Of a stretch of 64,000 nt of DNA, positions 11,101 to 23,394 are shown piece by piece (position 1 is the first letter of the stretch; each line of letters opens with the position of its first letter). Source of the stretch: Antedon mediterranea (lineage: Eukaryota; Animalia; Echinodermata). Made by a program: the position numbers and the translations under genes. The stretch spans positions 25,082,912-25,146,911 of the forward strand of contig NC_092675.1 in NCBI RefSeq assembly GCF_964355755.1, given 5' to 3'. The notes under the pieces are model-generated. The model was not told the DNA's origin, made no database searches, and was given only the letters and a program-made list of their open reading frames with translations.

Positions 11101-14100
11101 CTGTATCTACTATCGCTAACTGTATCTACTATACGCTAACTGTAACTATTATACGCTAACTGTATCTACTATTGCTAACTTAACTACATTGTTAACTGCA
11201 ATTAGTTGTTTTTACCTGTTTCGCAATGTGTCCCAGAGTAACCGGCATCACAAGTGCAGGTATACTGGTTGACTGCATCATTACATACACCACCATTCTG
11301 GCACGGCGATGACGAACATTCATCGATGTCTGTGTAAAAACACATGTAATATACTCATTTTCACTATCCACTCCATACAACTCCAAATAAATATTCACAA
11401 TGTAATTCTTTCTCTATCATTTAATCCATAGTATAATGTGACAGCTACTTTATGGAGGCAGCTGGTGCCATTAGAAAAACATCTATATTTACAGGTACAC
11501 CATTTTGGCACACCCCTGCTTGTTAAGATGAAACCCCTATGAAGAAGACACCCTGCTAATATGAGTGAATCTAATGGTTAACTATTAACTATTTTAACGA
11601 ATAGTTCGGTTGGTTCCAAATTTGTTGTAAGGGTGAAGTCAGTTTATACAGTATACATATTATAGACGAAATCACCATTCATGTGATATAGCTACTGTAC
11701 ATGTATGTTACCCGTTATTCTGGTTCTATAGTATTACATTTATTTATAATACGAAAAAAGATGATGATATTATACCTGTTTCACAATGTGTTCCGGAGTA
11801 CCCTGCATTGCATGAACAAGAGTACTGATTGACCGCATCAATACAGGCACCATATACACATGGCGATGACGAACATTCATCGATGTCTATAATGCAATTA
11901 TAAAACTCATTGAGAAACTGATTCAAAATGTATTTAATCATAGATAGCACCGGTGTAGATAATATATAGGTGTACTAGCTTAATAGACTGAATGAGTAAC
12001 TATTATCAGATAGATCTTCACAGGAAATGTATGAATTATACAAAATGTGTCTCGAATATTACCGGTTTCACAGTATGTTCCAGAATACCCAGCATTGCAG
12101 GAACATGTATACTCATTTATACTGTCGGTGCAAGCACCATTGTTGCAAGGAGTTGACGCACATTCATCTACATCTGAAAACAATATAAACATGTTGTTTT
12201 GTAATGCGAGTACACAAATTGCACACACATCTTTATTTATTACTACAATCTAGTGATGATTCTTTTTTATGTTCATCTATTCATTATTTGTTCTTGCTTT
12301 CCACTTAAGCTTGGTTCCCACTTACGCAACTTAAGTGATTTGACCAATCACAATCGATGGATTATTCGAACAGTGGCTAGTATAGTCAGATCATTTTTCA
12401 ACTCGATTGCGTTGCACGTACGCAAGGACGTAAGCGCAGTGTAATTGTATCCTTCACGACGCGATAGATCATCATTTATTGCGTCCTGATTGGTCAAATT
12501 ATTTGCGTTGTGCTTACGTTCTTGTATTGCCTTTTTGGATAGTTGGTATTATCTGATTAATTAATCGTGTAAATATACAGGACTTAACATTTAACTTAGC
12601 AGATATTTTACCTGTATCGCAGTTAGTTCCAGAATACCCCGGATTGCAGGTGCAAGTGTATTGGTTAACATGATCATTGCATCCACCATTCACACATGGA
12701 GATGACGAACATTCGTTAATATCTGGAAAGAATTATGCGTACAGTTAGAATGGATGAAAACGATATTAATTAATAATTGGAAGAAAGATGGACATAGGGG
12801 GGTCCAAAGAGAGGGAATAGTTTGTTTAGTAGTTGTTTATGCGAATATAAAAACGAGTAGATGACCTATTAGGTGTAAATGACGTAGACAATGCTAAAGA
12901 TAAGGTTAATGAGAAAGAATGATGAACTGTTTGATAGGTTATTTGATTGGCCAATATATTACCAAACTGCTCGGTTATTTTAATTGTAGTAGTATTGAGT
13001 ATTCACCTGCGTCACAGTATGTTCCAGAATATCCTGCATTACATGTGCATGTATACATATTCACTGCGTCATTGCAAACACCATTGTTGCATGGATTTGA
13101 AGCACATTCGTCAATGTCTGAAATACAAATACAGCACTAAATGAAATTACTAAAGAGATTTCTAGCTCACATTAGTTATGTATTGTTTAGTCTATGAAGT
13201 AAATTTTATTTGTATTCGATTGCTTGATTCTGTTGATTAGATCAACTGTATCTATCACTAACTGTACATTATCGCCGTAACTTTAACTAATATCGCTAAC
13301 TGTAACTACTATCGCTAACTGTAACCAGGGAGTTGTAAAATGTGTTTGTTTGTTTTATTTTAAAATAAAAGATAAAAATTACAAATTGCAAAAATAAAAT
13401 AATTATTTTACAACTCCCTACTGTATCTACTATCGCTAACTGTATCTACTATCGCTAACTGTATCTACTATCGCTAACTGTAACTACTATACGCTAACTG
13501 TAACTATTATACGCTAACTGTATCTACTATCGCTAACTGTGACTACTATCGCTAACTGTATCTACTATCGCTAACTGTAACTACTATACGCTAACTGTAT
13601 CTACTATCGCTAACTGTATCTACTATCGCTAACTGTAACTACTATACGCTAACTGCAACTACTATACGCTAACTGTATCTACTATCGCTAACTGTAACTA
13701 CTATACGCTAACTGTAACTACTATACGCTAACTGTAACTACTATACGCTAACTGTATCTACTATCGCTAACTGTGACTACTATCGCTAACTGTATCTACT
13801 ATCGCTAACTGTAACTACTATACGCTAACTGTATCTACTATCGCTAACTGTATCTACTATCGCTAACTGTAACTACTATACGCTAACTGTAACTATTATA
13901 CGCTAACTGTATCTACTATCGCTAACTGTGACTACTATCGTTAACTGTATTTACTATTGCTAACTGTATCTATCGCTAACTACTATTATTAACTTTACTG
14001 CATTGCTGTAATTACATGTTTACTAACTGTAGGCCTAATTACATTATTACCTGTTTCGCAATGTGTCCCAGAGTAACCGGCATTACAACTGCAGGTATAC

Positions 14101-17100
14101 TGGTTGACTGCATCATTACATGCACCACCATTCTGGCATGGCGATGACGAACATTCATTGATTTCTGTGTATTTAAAATTATATTATATATTATATCCGT
14201 TTTCACTATCCACTATAAGCCTACAACAATTTGACTGGTTCCAAATGTGTTCAGAATACATTATTTATATTAGACGAAATTACTCATGTGATGTAGCTAT
14301 GTAGGCCTACATATTTAATCCGTGATTATATGCCGGTTCTGTGGTTACACCTTTTATAATACGAAAAAAGATGATGATATTATACCTGTTTCACAATGTG
14401 TTCCGGAGTACCCTGCATTGCATGAACAAGAGTACTGATTGACCGCATCAACACAGGCACCATATACACATGGCGATGACGAACATTCATTGATGTCTAT
14501 AAAGCAATTATAAAACTGATTAAGAGATTTAAGACTGATTTAAAGATAGATAGATTAACTGAATGGGTTTATTATTTGGATAGATATTCGGACAACCATT
14601 CGTTAATCTAGAATTAATTATGTGTATAGTTAGAAAGGATGGAAAATGATATGAATGAATGATTGGAAGAAGGATGGACATAAGCGGACAGGGTAAGTAT
14701 GTTAAAAGGAAATTTAAAATAATAAATTATAGTTTATACACAGCACAAGTACTTTCTTTTAACTAAGGATGTGGTATGTAAATGTGGGTAGATTTCAGAG
14801 TAATAGAAATTAACTCAACACAGGCGAAGTATTCTTAAATGGAGGGATTTTCATATTTAGCAAAATGGTAGCTCTTATCAAATTTAATCAGCAACTCATA
14901 ATGAATACTTCATTAAAAATAAGTTTGTCAGCGGATTTCGTCACGTTTTATCTTTAAGATATTAATAAATAAGATAATTAATGCATTTACTTGTAGTACA
15001 GTATGTCCCTGAGTAGCCACTGTTACATGAACACGTGTAATAGTTGACATAGTCGTAGCAAGAACCATAGTTACAAGGACTTGATGAACATTCATTGATA
15101 TCTAAATAGAAAACAAACAAAAAAATAATCTTTAGCGTTTCTTTTTGCGATGATGTCAGTTTTATTATATGATCTAAAACATCACGCCAATGAGAACCGT
15201 GTTTTCATTGACGAATGTTTTCATGCGAATTTCTTTTGTTATAAAATGTTGATGAAAATAGTAATTAACTCATGTACATTAAGCCTGAGAAAACCAATGA
15301 TAAAACAAATAAAGTCTGTTTTCCACTATAGGCGAATATGTTCGCGCGAATCCAACGTTTTTCGCAGCAGTAATTCACAATAAACAAGTTCCTGTATAAA
15401 ATGATATTTACTTGTATCACAATTGGTTCCCGAGTACCCAGCATTACAAGCGCACGTGTAGTAACTTCCATGATCAGTACATGTTCCATATGAACAAGGA
15501 TTCGGTGAACAATCATTGACAGCATCTAAATCAAAATTCACAATTAAAATAAAATGTAGGCTTACTGATTATTTAAATCATGTTATTCTCATTTGTTATT
15601 TTCAGAATATCTGATCTTACAGCTTTCAAAATTTGTTTACAATACACAATTTTTTAAATATCCACCATACAAGAACGAATACATTGGCACTATTGCATAC
15701 TTTAGGCCGTACGCCAAAACCATTCGACCCGTTTATTCATTCACTATATAAATTCACACATGAAATTATAGATAAATATAGACAAGTAAATAATTTTTTT
15801 TTCTAATTGACTCTAGGCCTACATTTGTTTCAAAATAATACAAAGGTCATATTATAAAAGAAAGTTAAAACTGTTCCAATTTGTAAACGTTAATACAAAT
15901 AGGCCTAAACAATAGGCCTATTGTAAATTCATATTGTGATATTTCTAAAAAGGAAAGGTCACTATTGAAGACATGTAAAATATATACGTGTTTTCCATAT
16001 TTATATCGGAATATAGAAAATGTTGCTATCAGCATAATTCGATTGATCAATTTAAAGCAATAGTCATCAATATAATATTGTAACTACTTACCACATGTTA
16101 CGCCAGCGTCTTCGGAATGTCCACAATTATGAACACCCCATCCTGCATGTCCACAGTCCCAGAGGTAAGATTCCGAACCTGTGCACGCCATATCATCAAG
16201 CCATATATTTCCCGTTCCTTCTCCCCATGAGTTGACAGCATAAATAGCCCCTTGGTATCCTAGTTGACGACAAACAACATTCGCGTCGTTTATGTCAAAG
16301 CCATCGTCACAAACAGTGCCCCATACGCCATTATAAAATATATTTATTCTTCCATATGTTGTATAAGTCAATGACATAGTATCTAAAAACAGTATACATT
16401 ATTATTAAACTTAATAAATATTAATATGCAGTTAAAAAAAGGTAAGTGAATTTGAACATAAAAACCCTGATTTCACGCCACTTCTTTAGTTATATTCAAG
16501 AGAACGAAAGCATTACAAAACAGTATCACATGGAAGCTTATAGTTTACTAAGACCAAACAAATGGGACTCGGACTGGGCATGCACACATCCCAAAGAACG
16601 TATGGGAGAAGAGAGTCTATGAAAACATCTCGGACTGGGCATGCGGACACCACAAGGCACGTTTTGGGAGATAAAGAGAGTCTGATTGCATTGGTCTATG
16701 AACGTATCCGGATATTCTCCCCCTGGACATTTACCCCCGGAAAACTACCCCCCCCCCCCCCGGACAACCACCACCTGGACCACTACCCCCTTAGGACAAC
16801 TACCCCTTTAGGACAACTAGCCCCCGGACAACTACCCCCTTAGGACAACTACCCCCTTAGGACAACTACCCCTTAGGACAACTACCCCCCGGACAATTAT
16901 CCCCTAGGAACAATTACCCCCCGGACAATTACCCCCCGGACAATTACCCCCCGGACAATTACCCCCTCCTCCCCGGGTGCGATTTTTTTTTCGTACATAA
17001 GTTGGGGACCCCCTCATGAAACGTCACAAAATAAACATGAATAATTCATCAGTTAAATTTGTTGTTCCGTGTGCACCCAAGCGTATAGCAACAAGAAGTG

Positions 17101-20100
17101 ATTACACAACTGCGATACGATACTTTCTACAGTAGGCCTAGGATTCTAAGTCAATTCACGTGATTGCCTTCGCGCACTCTTCTTCACACAAAATGTGTCG
17201 AGTCGAGGCTAATCGACAGCTAGGCAAGACATTAAACTAAGTAGTAATTCATTGGACATAGCCCAAAGAAAGCTTAGTTAGACCCACAATAATAAAGAAT
17301 GTGTATAATTTGTGTACTGTATTTTTTTAATTCTACTATTTTATTATCAAACAATATGCATGTACTTAAAGGAACTTAAAAAATGTGCGTATATGAACAA
17401 ATGAGATGGGAAGATTAGACCCACGAAAATAAAAAATGTATTTTTGTGTAATGTTTATTGTTTAATTTTGCTGACTTATTACTCGGATTGTGTCATCCAC
17501 ACACACGTCACACACACCACCTACACAGCTACTACTAGGCCTAGAATAGACATGGGTTTAGAGACTAATAATTAGGCCTAATAGTATTAAAATAGAAACT
17601 ATAATTTTAACACGTAATTCTTTAGTAATAAATTATATTAAAAACACCATAAACTAAAGGCTGATTATTTCGACAATCCACACAGAAACGCCGCTATTCT
17701 ATGAAATCGCACGCCGCAACAACAGCGGAGATAGGGGTGTCACGAAACCTAAGACCACGAAAGCTCAGACCCCCTAAGACCTAAGATCACGAAAGCTAAG
17801 ACCGAACACCTAAGATTACAAATATTTATCTTTCGCACCTGCCTTGTATTTTAACTCCCAACATTTATTCTGAATAGAATACCACACCTTAGAATTGGCA
17901 CTTTCATGAAAAAGAATCACATAAAAAGTAACAAATACATTTTTTAAATTGATGATTTTACAGACGTTTTTCTCGCACACAAAATGACTAGCCTACAGTA
18001 GGCTACAGTATGCCTACCCCATGGGCCATGTTCAATGTTTTTGTTTCTATGGAACGTCAAAAGAGCAAAAATTATATAGAGGGCTGAAAACTCTGTGGAG
18101 TCCATCTACAGTGTGGATGGAACAATGTAAAATTAAAATTGTAATGATAATAGTATAATCATGCAAGTACAAAGAAATAAATACTGGCAAATAAATTTTA
18201 ATTTAAAAATCATGATAAGTTTTTTTGTTTCGTTTTCTTTCTGTTTTTATACTTGTACTATTATTGTTGCTCTTTTGGCGCTCCATAGAAACAAAAGCAT
18301 TGAGCATGGGGAGCTCGAGGAGTTACATTAGTATTACAGTATACAAAGAAACACATCTGTAAAATCATCAATTTAAAGGATTTATTTATTTGTTATTATG
18401 TGTTTCTCCTTCTGAAAGTACTTATAAGTCCTAATTTTAAAGTGTGGTGTTCAGGATAAAGTTAGTCAACAAATTTGGAGTCAAAATACAAGAAAGGCAG
18501 GTGCGTAAGAAAAACATCCTCTGAACCAACACAATGGAGTAAATATATACCAACAAACAACCCGTCAAGTTTGTTTGTTGTAAAGAAAAAATATACATTT
18601 ACTCAACGGGCGAAAATAATGTGAGTTTATCTATGTTTTGCGGTAGTATTAAATTATATTTATGGTAATAAATGAAACCTACTGTGTTTAAAATTATGTA
18701 TGGATAAACAAGTATTGTTTTTAAGCTGTAGTATATCTTAGTATTTGTAATCTTAGGTGTTGGGTCTTAGCTTTCGTGATCTTAGGTCTTAGGGGGTCTG
18801 AGCTTTCGTGGTCTTAGGTTTCGTGACACCCGCGGAGGTAGGCCTAGAATCGTACCGCACTTGTGTTATCACTTCTTGTTGCTATAGGCCTACGCTTGGG
18901 TGCACACGGAACAAGAAAATTTAACTGATGAATTATTCATGTTGATTTTGTGACGTTTCATGAGGGGGGTCCCCAACTTATGTACGAAAAAAAAAATCGC
19001 TCACCCCGCGGACAACTACCTCTGACACAATACTCCCCGTAGGACAACTACTTTCTGGACAATACTCCGAGGGCAAATAATCTTTTAGGACAACTACCTC
19101 CGTAGGACAACTAACCCCTGGACAACTACCCTCGGACAATTACCCCCTAGGAACAATTACCACTGACAATTACCCCCGGAGAATTACCCCCCCCCCCCCC
19201 CGGGTAATTACCCCGCGGACAACTGCCTCTGACACAATACTCCCCGTAGGACAACTACCTCCTGGACCTGGACAATACTCCGAGGGCAAATAATCTTTTA
19301 GGACAACTAACCCCTGGACAACTACCACCCAGAAAACTATCCCTTTAGAACAACTACCCCCCGGACGGACAACTACCACCCAGACCATTCAACAACCTGA
19401 CTCTGCAACAGCGTATAATAGGAATTAATAACTATATTTTAATTCGTTACTTTGACGAATTACTATTCATTATTGTAAACAAAAGTAAAAGATTGAACAT
19501 AAATATAGCCTGGTATAAACTGAAGATTGTCACACATGATCATAGGATAGTCGAACGTATTATATAGTACTCCCTGTATTCGCTAATAATAATAATAATT
19601 TTTGCGTCAGGACAATGCTTCGATAACCACTGGTCTTAAAAGAATTAATTTTTGTCTCAAATTTGTCATTGTATTTTTGTACACTTGAAGAATAATATCA
19701 CTTTTGATATTTGACCTCAATGTTCACTCACCGAATAAACGGCGATCTTTAAATAAATTCCCCTCAAATAAACGGTGACCATGTCACTCTCATGACACAT
19801 CATATGGAATAATCGGCGTCTATTTCCATTAGATTATACCCCCTCCCATTGAATAAACAATTTCTTCCAATAAATGTCCACCTAAAAACCACCTAAACAA
19901 TAAACAGCCCAGGCCGTTTTTTTCAATAAATACGGTACTTTAAATCTAGCACATCTAGGGCCTAGCGTACTGTTAAACAGAATAATCGGTTAAAAACGGG
20001 TGTTTCGAAACTAGAGACCCGAGACCAGAGACCATGAGACCCGAGACCCAATACGAAAAGGGAGACCTAAATATACGAAAAGGGAGACCCACGTACGAAA

Positions 20101-22965
20101 AGGGAGACCCCACTATACGAAAAGGGAGACCCCACTATACGAAAAGGGAGACCCTAATATACGAAAAGGGAGACCCAAATATAGGTCTCCCTTTTCGTAT
20201 TGGGTCTCGTGTCAGGTCTCTGGTCTCGGGTCTCTAGTTTCGAAACACCCGTTAAAAACAGATGATTTCATTTTTACAGAAACCGGTCCTATATATTTGT
20301 CTACTTTTAGATTGGGGGGGGTGGGTAGTTGACAAGGGGGTAGTTGACCGGGGGGTAGTTGACCGGGGGGTAGTTGTCCTAAGGGGGTAGTTGTCCTAAG
20401 GGGGTGGTTGTCCGAGGGGTAGTTGTCCGGGGGGTTGTTATCCTAAGGGGTTGTTATCCTAAGGGGGTAGTTGTCCTAAGGGGGTAGTTGTCCGGGGGGT
20501 AGTTGTCCGAGGGGTAGTTGTCCAAGGGGTAGTTGTCCTAAGGGGGTAGTTGTCCGGGTGGTAAACATCCGGGGGGTAACTGTCTAGGGGGTAGGTGTCC
20601 TAGAACCGTCTATGAAAACATCTCTGCTGATAATATTGCAGGAAATATTTTTGACAAATGTTTATGGATGAAGAATTGTTTGATTAAGCCCGTTTTCCAC
20701 TAGGTAAATTTGTTTGCGCGATCCAACGTTTCGCAGAGAAAAGATCGCGCTACCATTTCCAATACAAGAGCGAATAGCTGCGATTTTCATTTCCAGTGTG
20801 TGTCACACGATAACGCGACAACATTTTTTCATGGAATACATTTTTGTAATAAATAGTATACAAATATTGAATGTTTATTTGTTTGATGGTGAAAATAATT
20901 CATGAATTAAAATATTTACTGATCTATTTTAACGAAGCGCAGCCGAGTTGAAGTAGAGCAGTCAATTCTTCATCAATTGAAATATTCTCTCCAATCAACG
21001 AATGCAAAACATTTATTATTTGTTTTATAACATACCTACATTTATTCAATGCAACCATCGTGAATTATTGACGGATGCAAGGCCGGAAAGGCTATAGGCC
21101 ATTCAAAAAGGCAGTGCTACAACTTTTGACGCGGAGACGTATACTGCAGTTGACTAGAAAAATACCTACCACATGTTACGCCAGCGTCTTCGGAATGTCC
21201 ACAATTATGAACACCCCATCCTGCATGACCACAGTCCCACAGGTAAGATTCCGAACCTGTGCACGCCATATTATCAAGCCATATGGTTCCCGTTCCTGCT
21301 CCCCATGAGTTTATGGCAGAAGAAGCCCTAGGGTATCCTAGTTGACGACAAACAACATTCGCGTCGTTTATGTCGAAGGCATCGTCACAAACAGTGCCCC
21401 ATGCGCCATTATAAAGATGGATTCTTCCATACCATGTGTAAGTCAAGTACATAGAATCTAAAACAGAATATGTAATTTTTTATTTTATTTATTTTTGTTA
21501 TACAATTTTCAAAAAAACAACATGAAATACATAATATCGGTGCAGCACCCTGCGGATTGCCATGAGTAAGCACTTTCGGAGTGGTACTGCACTTCAAACA
21601 TACACAAGAAGTAAAACAATAAAAATACATAAGTTATAAAAAAAATTAAAAAGTTTATAAAGGCCTAAATTAGTATTACAAACTAAAATGAGGGTAAAGT
21701 TCACTTATAATAATAAGCGCAATAATATTTAATATAAATAAGTAGAGTAATTAGTAAAAATTAAAAATAGATGATTTGATAGTGCATACAAAATACAACT
21801 AGCAGAACTATTACAGAAATGTAAAAACCCCACGGATCTGTAAGCTAAAGATCACAGGTTTGAATCATAAAGACATTCTACATTTAAGCACAAACTAATC
21901 CCACGGATCTGTAAGCTAAAGATCCCAGGTTTGAATCATAAAGGCATTCTACATTCAAACACAAACTAACCCCACGGATCTGTAAGCTAAAGATCACAGG
22001 TTTGAATCATAAAGACATTCTACATTCAAACACAAACTAACCCCACGGATCAGTAAGCTAAAGATCACAGGTTTGAATCATAAAGACATTCTACATTTAA
22101 GCACAAACTAACCCCACGGATCTGTAAGCTAAAGATCACAGATTTGAATCATAAAGACATTCTACATTCAAACACAAACTAACCCCACGGATCTGTAAGC
22201 TAAAGATCCCAGGTTTGAATCATAAAGGCATTCTACATTCAAACACAAACTAACCCCACGGATCTGTAAGCTAAAGATCACAGGTTTGAATTATAAAGAC
22301 ATTCTACATTCAAACACAAACTAACCCCACGGATCTGTAAGCTAAAGATCACAGGTTTGAATCATTAAGACATTCTACATTCAAACACAAACTAACCCCA
22401 CGGATCTGTAAGCTAAAGATCACAGGTTTGAATTATAAAGACATTCTACATTCAAACACAAACTAACCCCACGGATCAGTAAGCTAAAGATCACAGGTTT
22501 GAATCATAAAGACATTCTACATTCAAACACAAACTAACCCCACGGATCTGGAAGCTAATGATAACAGGTTTGAATCATAAAGACATTCTACATTCAAGCA
22601 CAAACTAACCCCACGGATCTTCAAGCTAAAGATCACAGATTTGAATCATAAAGACACTCTACATTCAAGCACAAACGTTCGTAGATGCGATGAAGAAATT
22701 TCAGTTCATTTCATTTCATTATTTATTTGGTCTATTTGAGTTTATACATAAAAAAACAAAACTTAAATTTGGGAGACCAGGGTCAACCTAAGTGAACTTA
22801 ATCACTGTAGCTGAGCCGGTAGACCCAACCCCAAAGATCATGTTATGTGATTTATATTTATAATTAACAAACATAAATAAATGGAATATTGTTTAAATAC
22901 AAATACTTACAAGCATTGGCTGACCGCAGCATAAATGCGACTCCAACAAAAAGGATTAGCTCCAT
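8145..22965 (-). CDS. Secreted protein: signal peptide + 2 SRCR + 12 calcium-binding-type EGF + C-terminal PAN/apple-like domain, about 741 aa
   Basis: All introns are phase 1. Exons: 22911-22965 ([18 protein letters not shown]); SRCR 21170-21457 and 16092-16382; EGF 15412-15525, 14991-15101, 14386-14496, 14051-14164, 13007-13117, 12612-12722, 12063-12173, 11776-11886, 11216-11329, 10737-10847, 10416-10526, 8880-8996 (pattern DI(N/D)EC.S.PC..G.C.D.VN.Y.C.C..GYSG..C); last exon 8145-8389 ([30 protein letters not shown]). Total 2226 nt, open throughout, no TM segment. Confidence 0.88.
9143..10225. mobile_element. Non-autonomous Mutator (MULE)-like element, about 1.08 kb, copy 1
   Basis: TIR of about 90 bp beginning GGGTGTCACGAAACC; perfect 10-bp TSD ATGGTAAAAC at 9133-9142 and 10226-10235; no transposase ORF. 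Confidence 0.9.
10983..11180. repeat. 19/20-bp minisatellite (CTACTAT(A)CGCTAACTGTA(T/A)), short array
   Basis: About 9 degenerate units in the intron between EGF exons 9 and 10. Confidence 0.85.
12308..12530. mobile_element. Degenerate Harbinger MITE (AGCTTGGTTCCCACT family)
   Basis: Left TIR and TGACCAATCACA / GATTGGTCAA internal motifs are present; right end is eroded. Confidence 0.55.
13245..13985. repeat. 19/20-bp minisatellite, long array, interrupted by a 93-bp inverted-repeat insert (13327-13419)
   Basis: Roughly 30 units of the same monomer as 10983-11180. The insert is bounded by AGGGAGTTGTAAAA / TTTTACAACTCCCT. Confidence 0.9.
16979..19000. mobile_element. Long-TIR non-autonomous element inserted in the left arm of the foldback element
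   Basis: About 170-bp inverted repeat GCGATTTTTTTTTCGTACATAAGTTGGGGACCCCCTCATGAAACGTCACAAAAT... at 16979-17160 versus 18840-19000; TSD not resolved. Confidence 0.75.
17735..18831. mobile_element. MULE-like element, copy 2 (inverted relative to 9143-10225)
   Basis: Near-identical reverse complement of copy 1; TSD GCGGAGATAG (17725-17734) / GCGGAGGTAG (18832-18841), 9/10 match. Confidence 0.9.
19998..20250. mobile_element. 253-bp MULE-type MITE
   Basis: TIR GGGTGTTTCGAAACTAGAGACCCGAGACCAGAGACC; internal TACGAAAAGGGAGACC subrepeats; perfect 9-bp TSD GTTAAAAAC at 19989-19997 and 20251-20259. Confidence 0.9.
21828..22675. repeat. 71-bp satellite, about 12 copies
   Basis: Unit CCCCACGGATCTGTAAGCTAAAGATCACAGGTTTGAATCATAAAGACATTCTACATTCAAACACAAACTAA; starts at 21828, 21899, 21970 and onward; lies in intron 1 of the SRCR-EGF gene. 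Confidence 0.95.
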
Positions 22966-23394
22966 GCTTATGCACGTAATACTTTCCAGTGACTGACGTC
23001 GCTGGCTAATTAACGTGTGGTCTAATTTAAATCAATATTAGTTAATATCGTAGTAACAAGAATTATTGCCAATAAATAAGATAGTGGATCAATGATGTTT
23101 CCGTTGGTTTCTTTGTAAATTACTTGGTACTCTGCTCAAGCGTCTAGTTACAATCTATAATATTAATTGTTTTATTCGTGTTAATTTTTTCCTCTTCTTT
23201 GATGTCAACACACTTTCGACAATTTCAGTTTCTACCTTTAACAATAATAATAATTCTGATTTCTATAAAGGTAATTAATTAATCGTTAATATATTATAGT
23301 ATAGTTACAATTTATAAAATGATTATGAATAATGTTGGTAAATGTTTATAATAATTGTACAATGATTGTGTTAAGTATTATATATATGTTTCTC

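Larger units (their letters stand above)
16703..20608. mobile_element. Foldback-type DNA transposon with tandem-subrepeat arms; outer element of a nest
   Basis: Left arm of GGACAACTACCCC(CTTA) units (16703-16975, resuming 19007-19385); right arm of inverted GGGGTAGTTGTCC units (20315-20608). TSD (G)TCTATGAA at 16694/5-16702 and 20608/9-20616. Confidence 0.8.

Noticed and set aside
13245-13985. CRISPR-like or coding repeat
   Set aside because: Contiguous 19/20-bp minisatellite with no spacers and a period that is not a multiple of three.
16562-20237. Pro/Gly/Val-rich ORFs at 16562, 19170 and 20034
   Set aside because: They arise from subrepeats of transposon arms; no transposase motifs.
21828-22675. 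CRISPR-like regular array
   Set aside because: The whole 71-bp unit repeats with no unique spacers, there are no cas genes, and the context is a eukaryotic intron.
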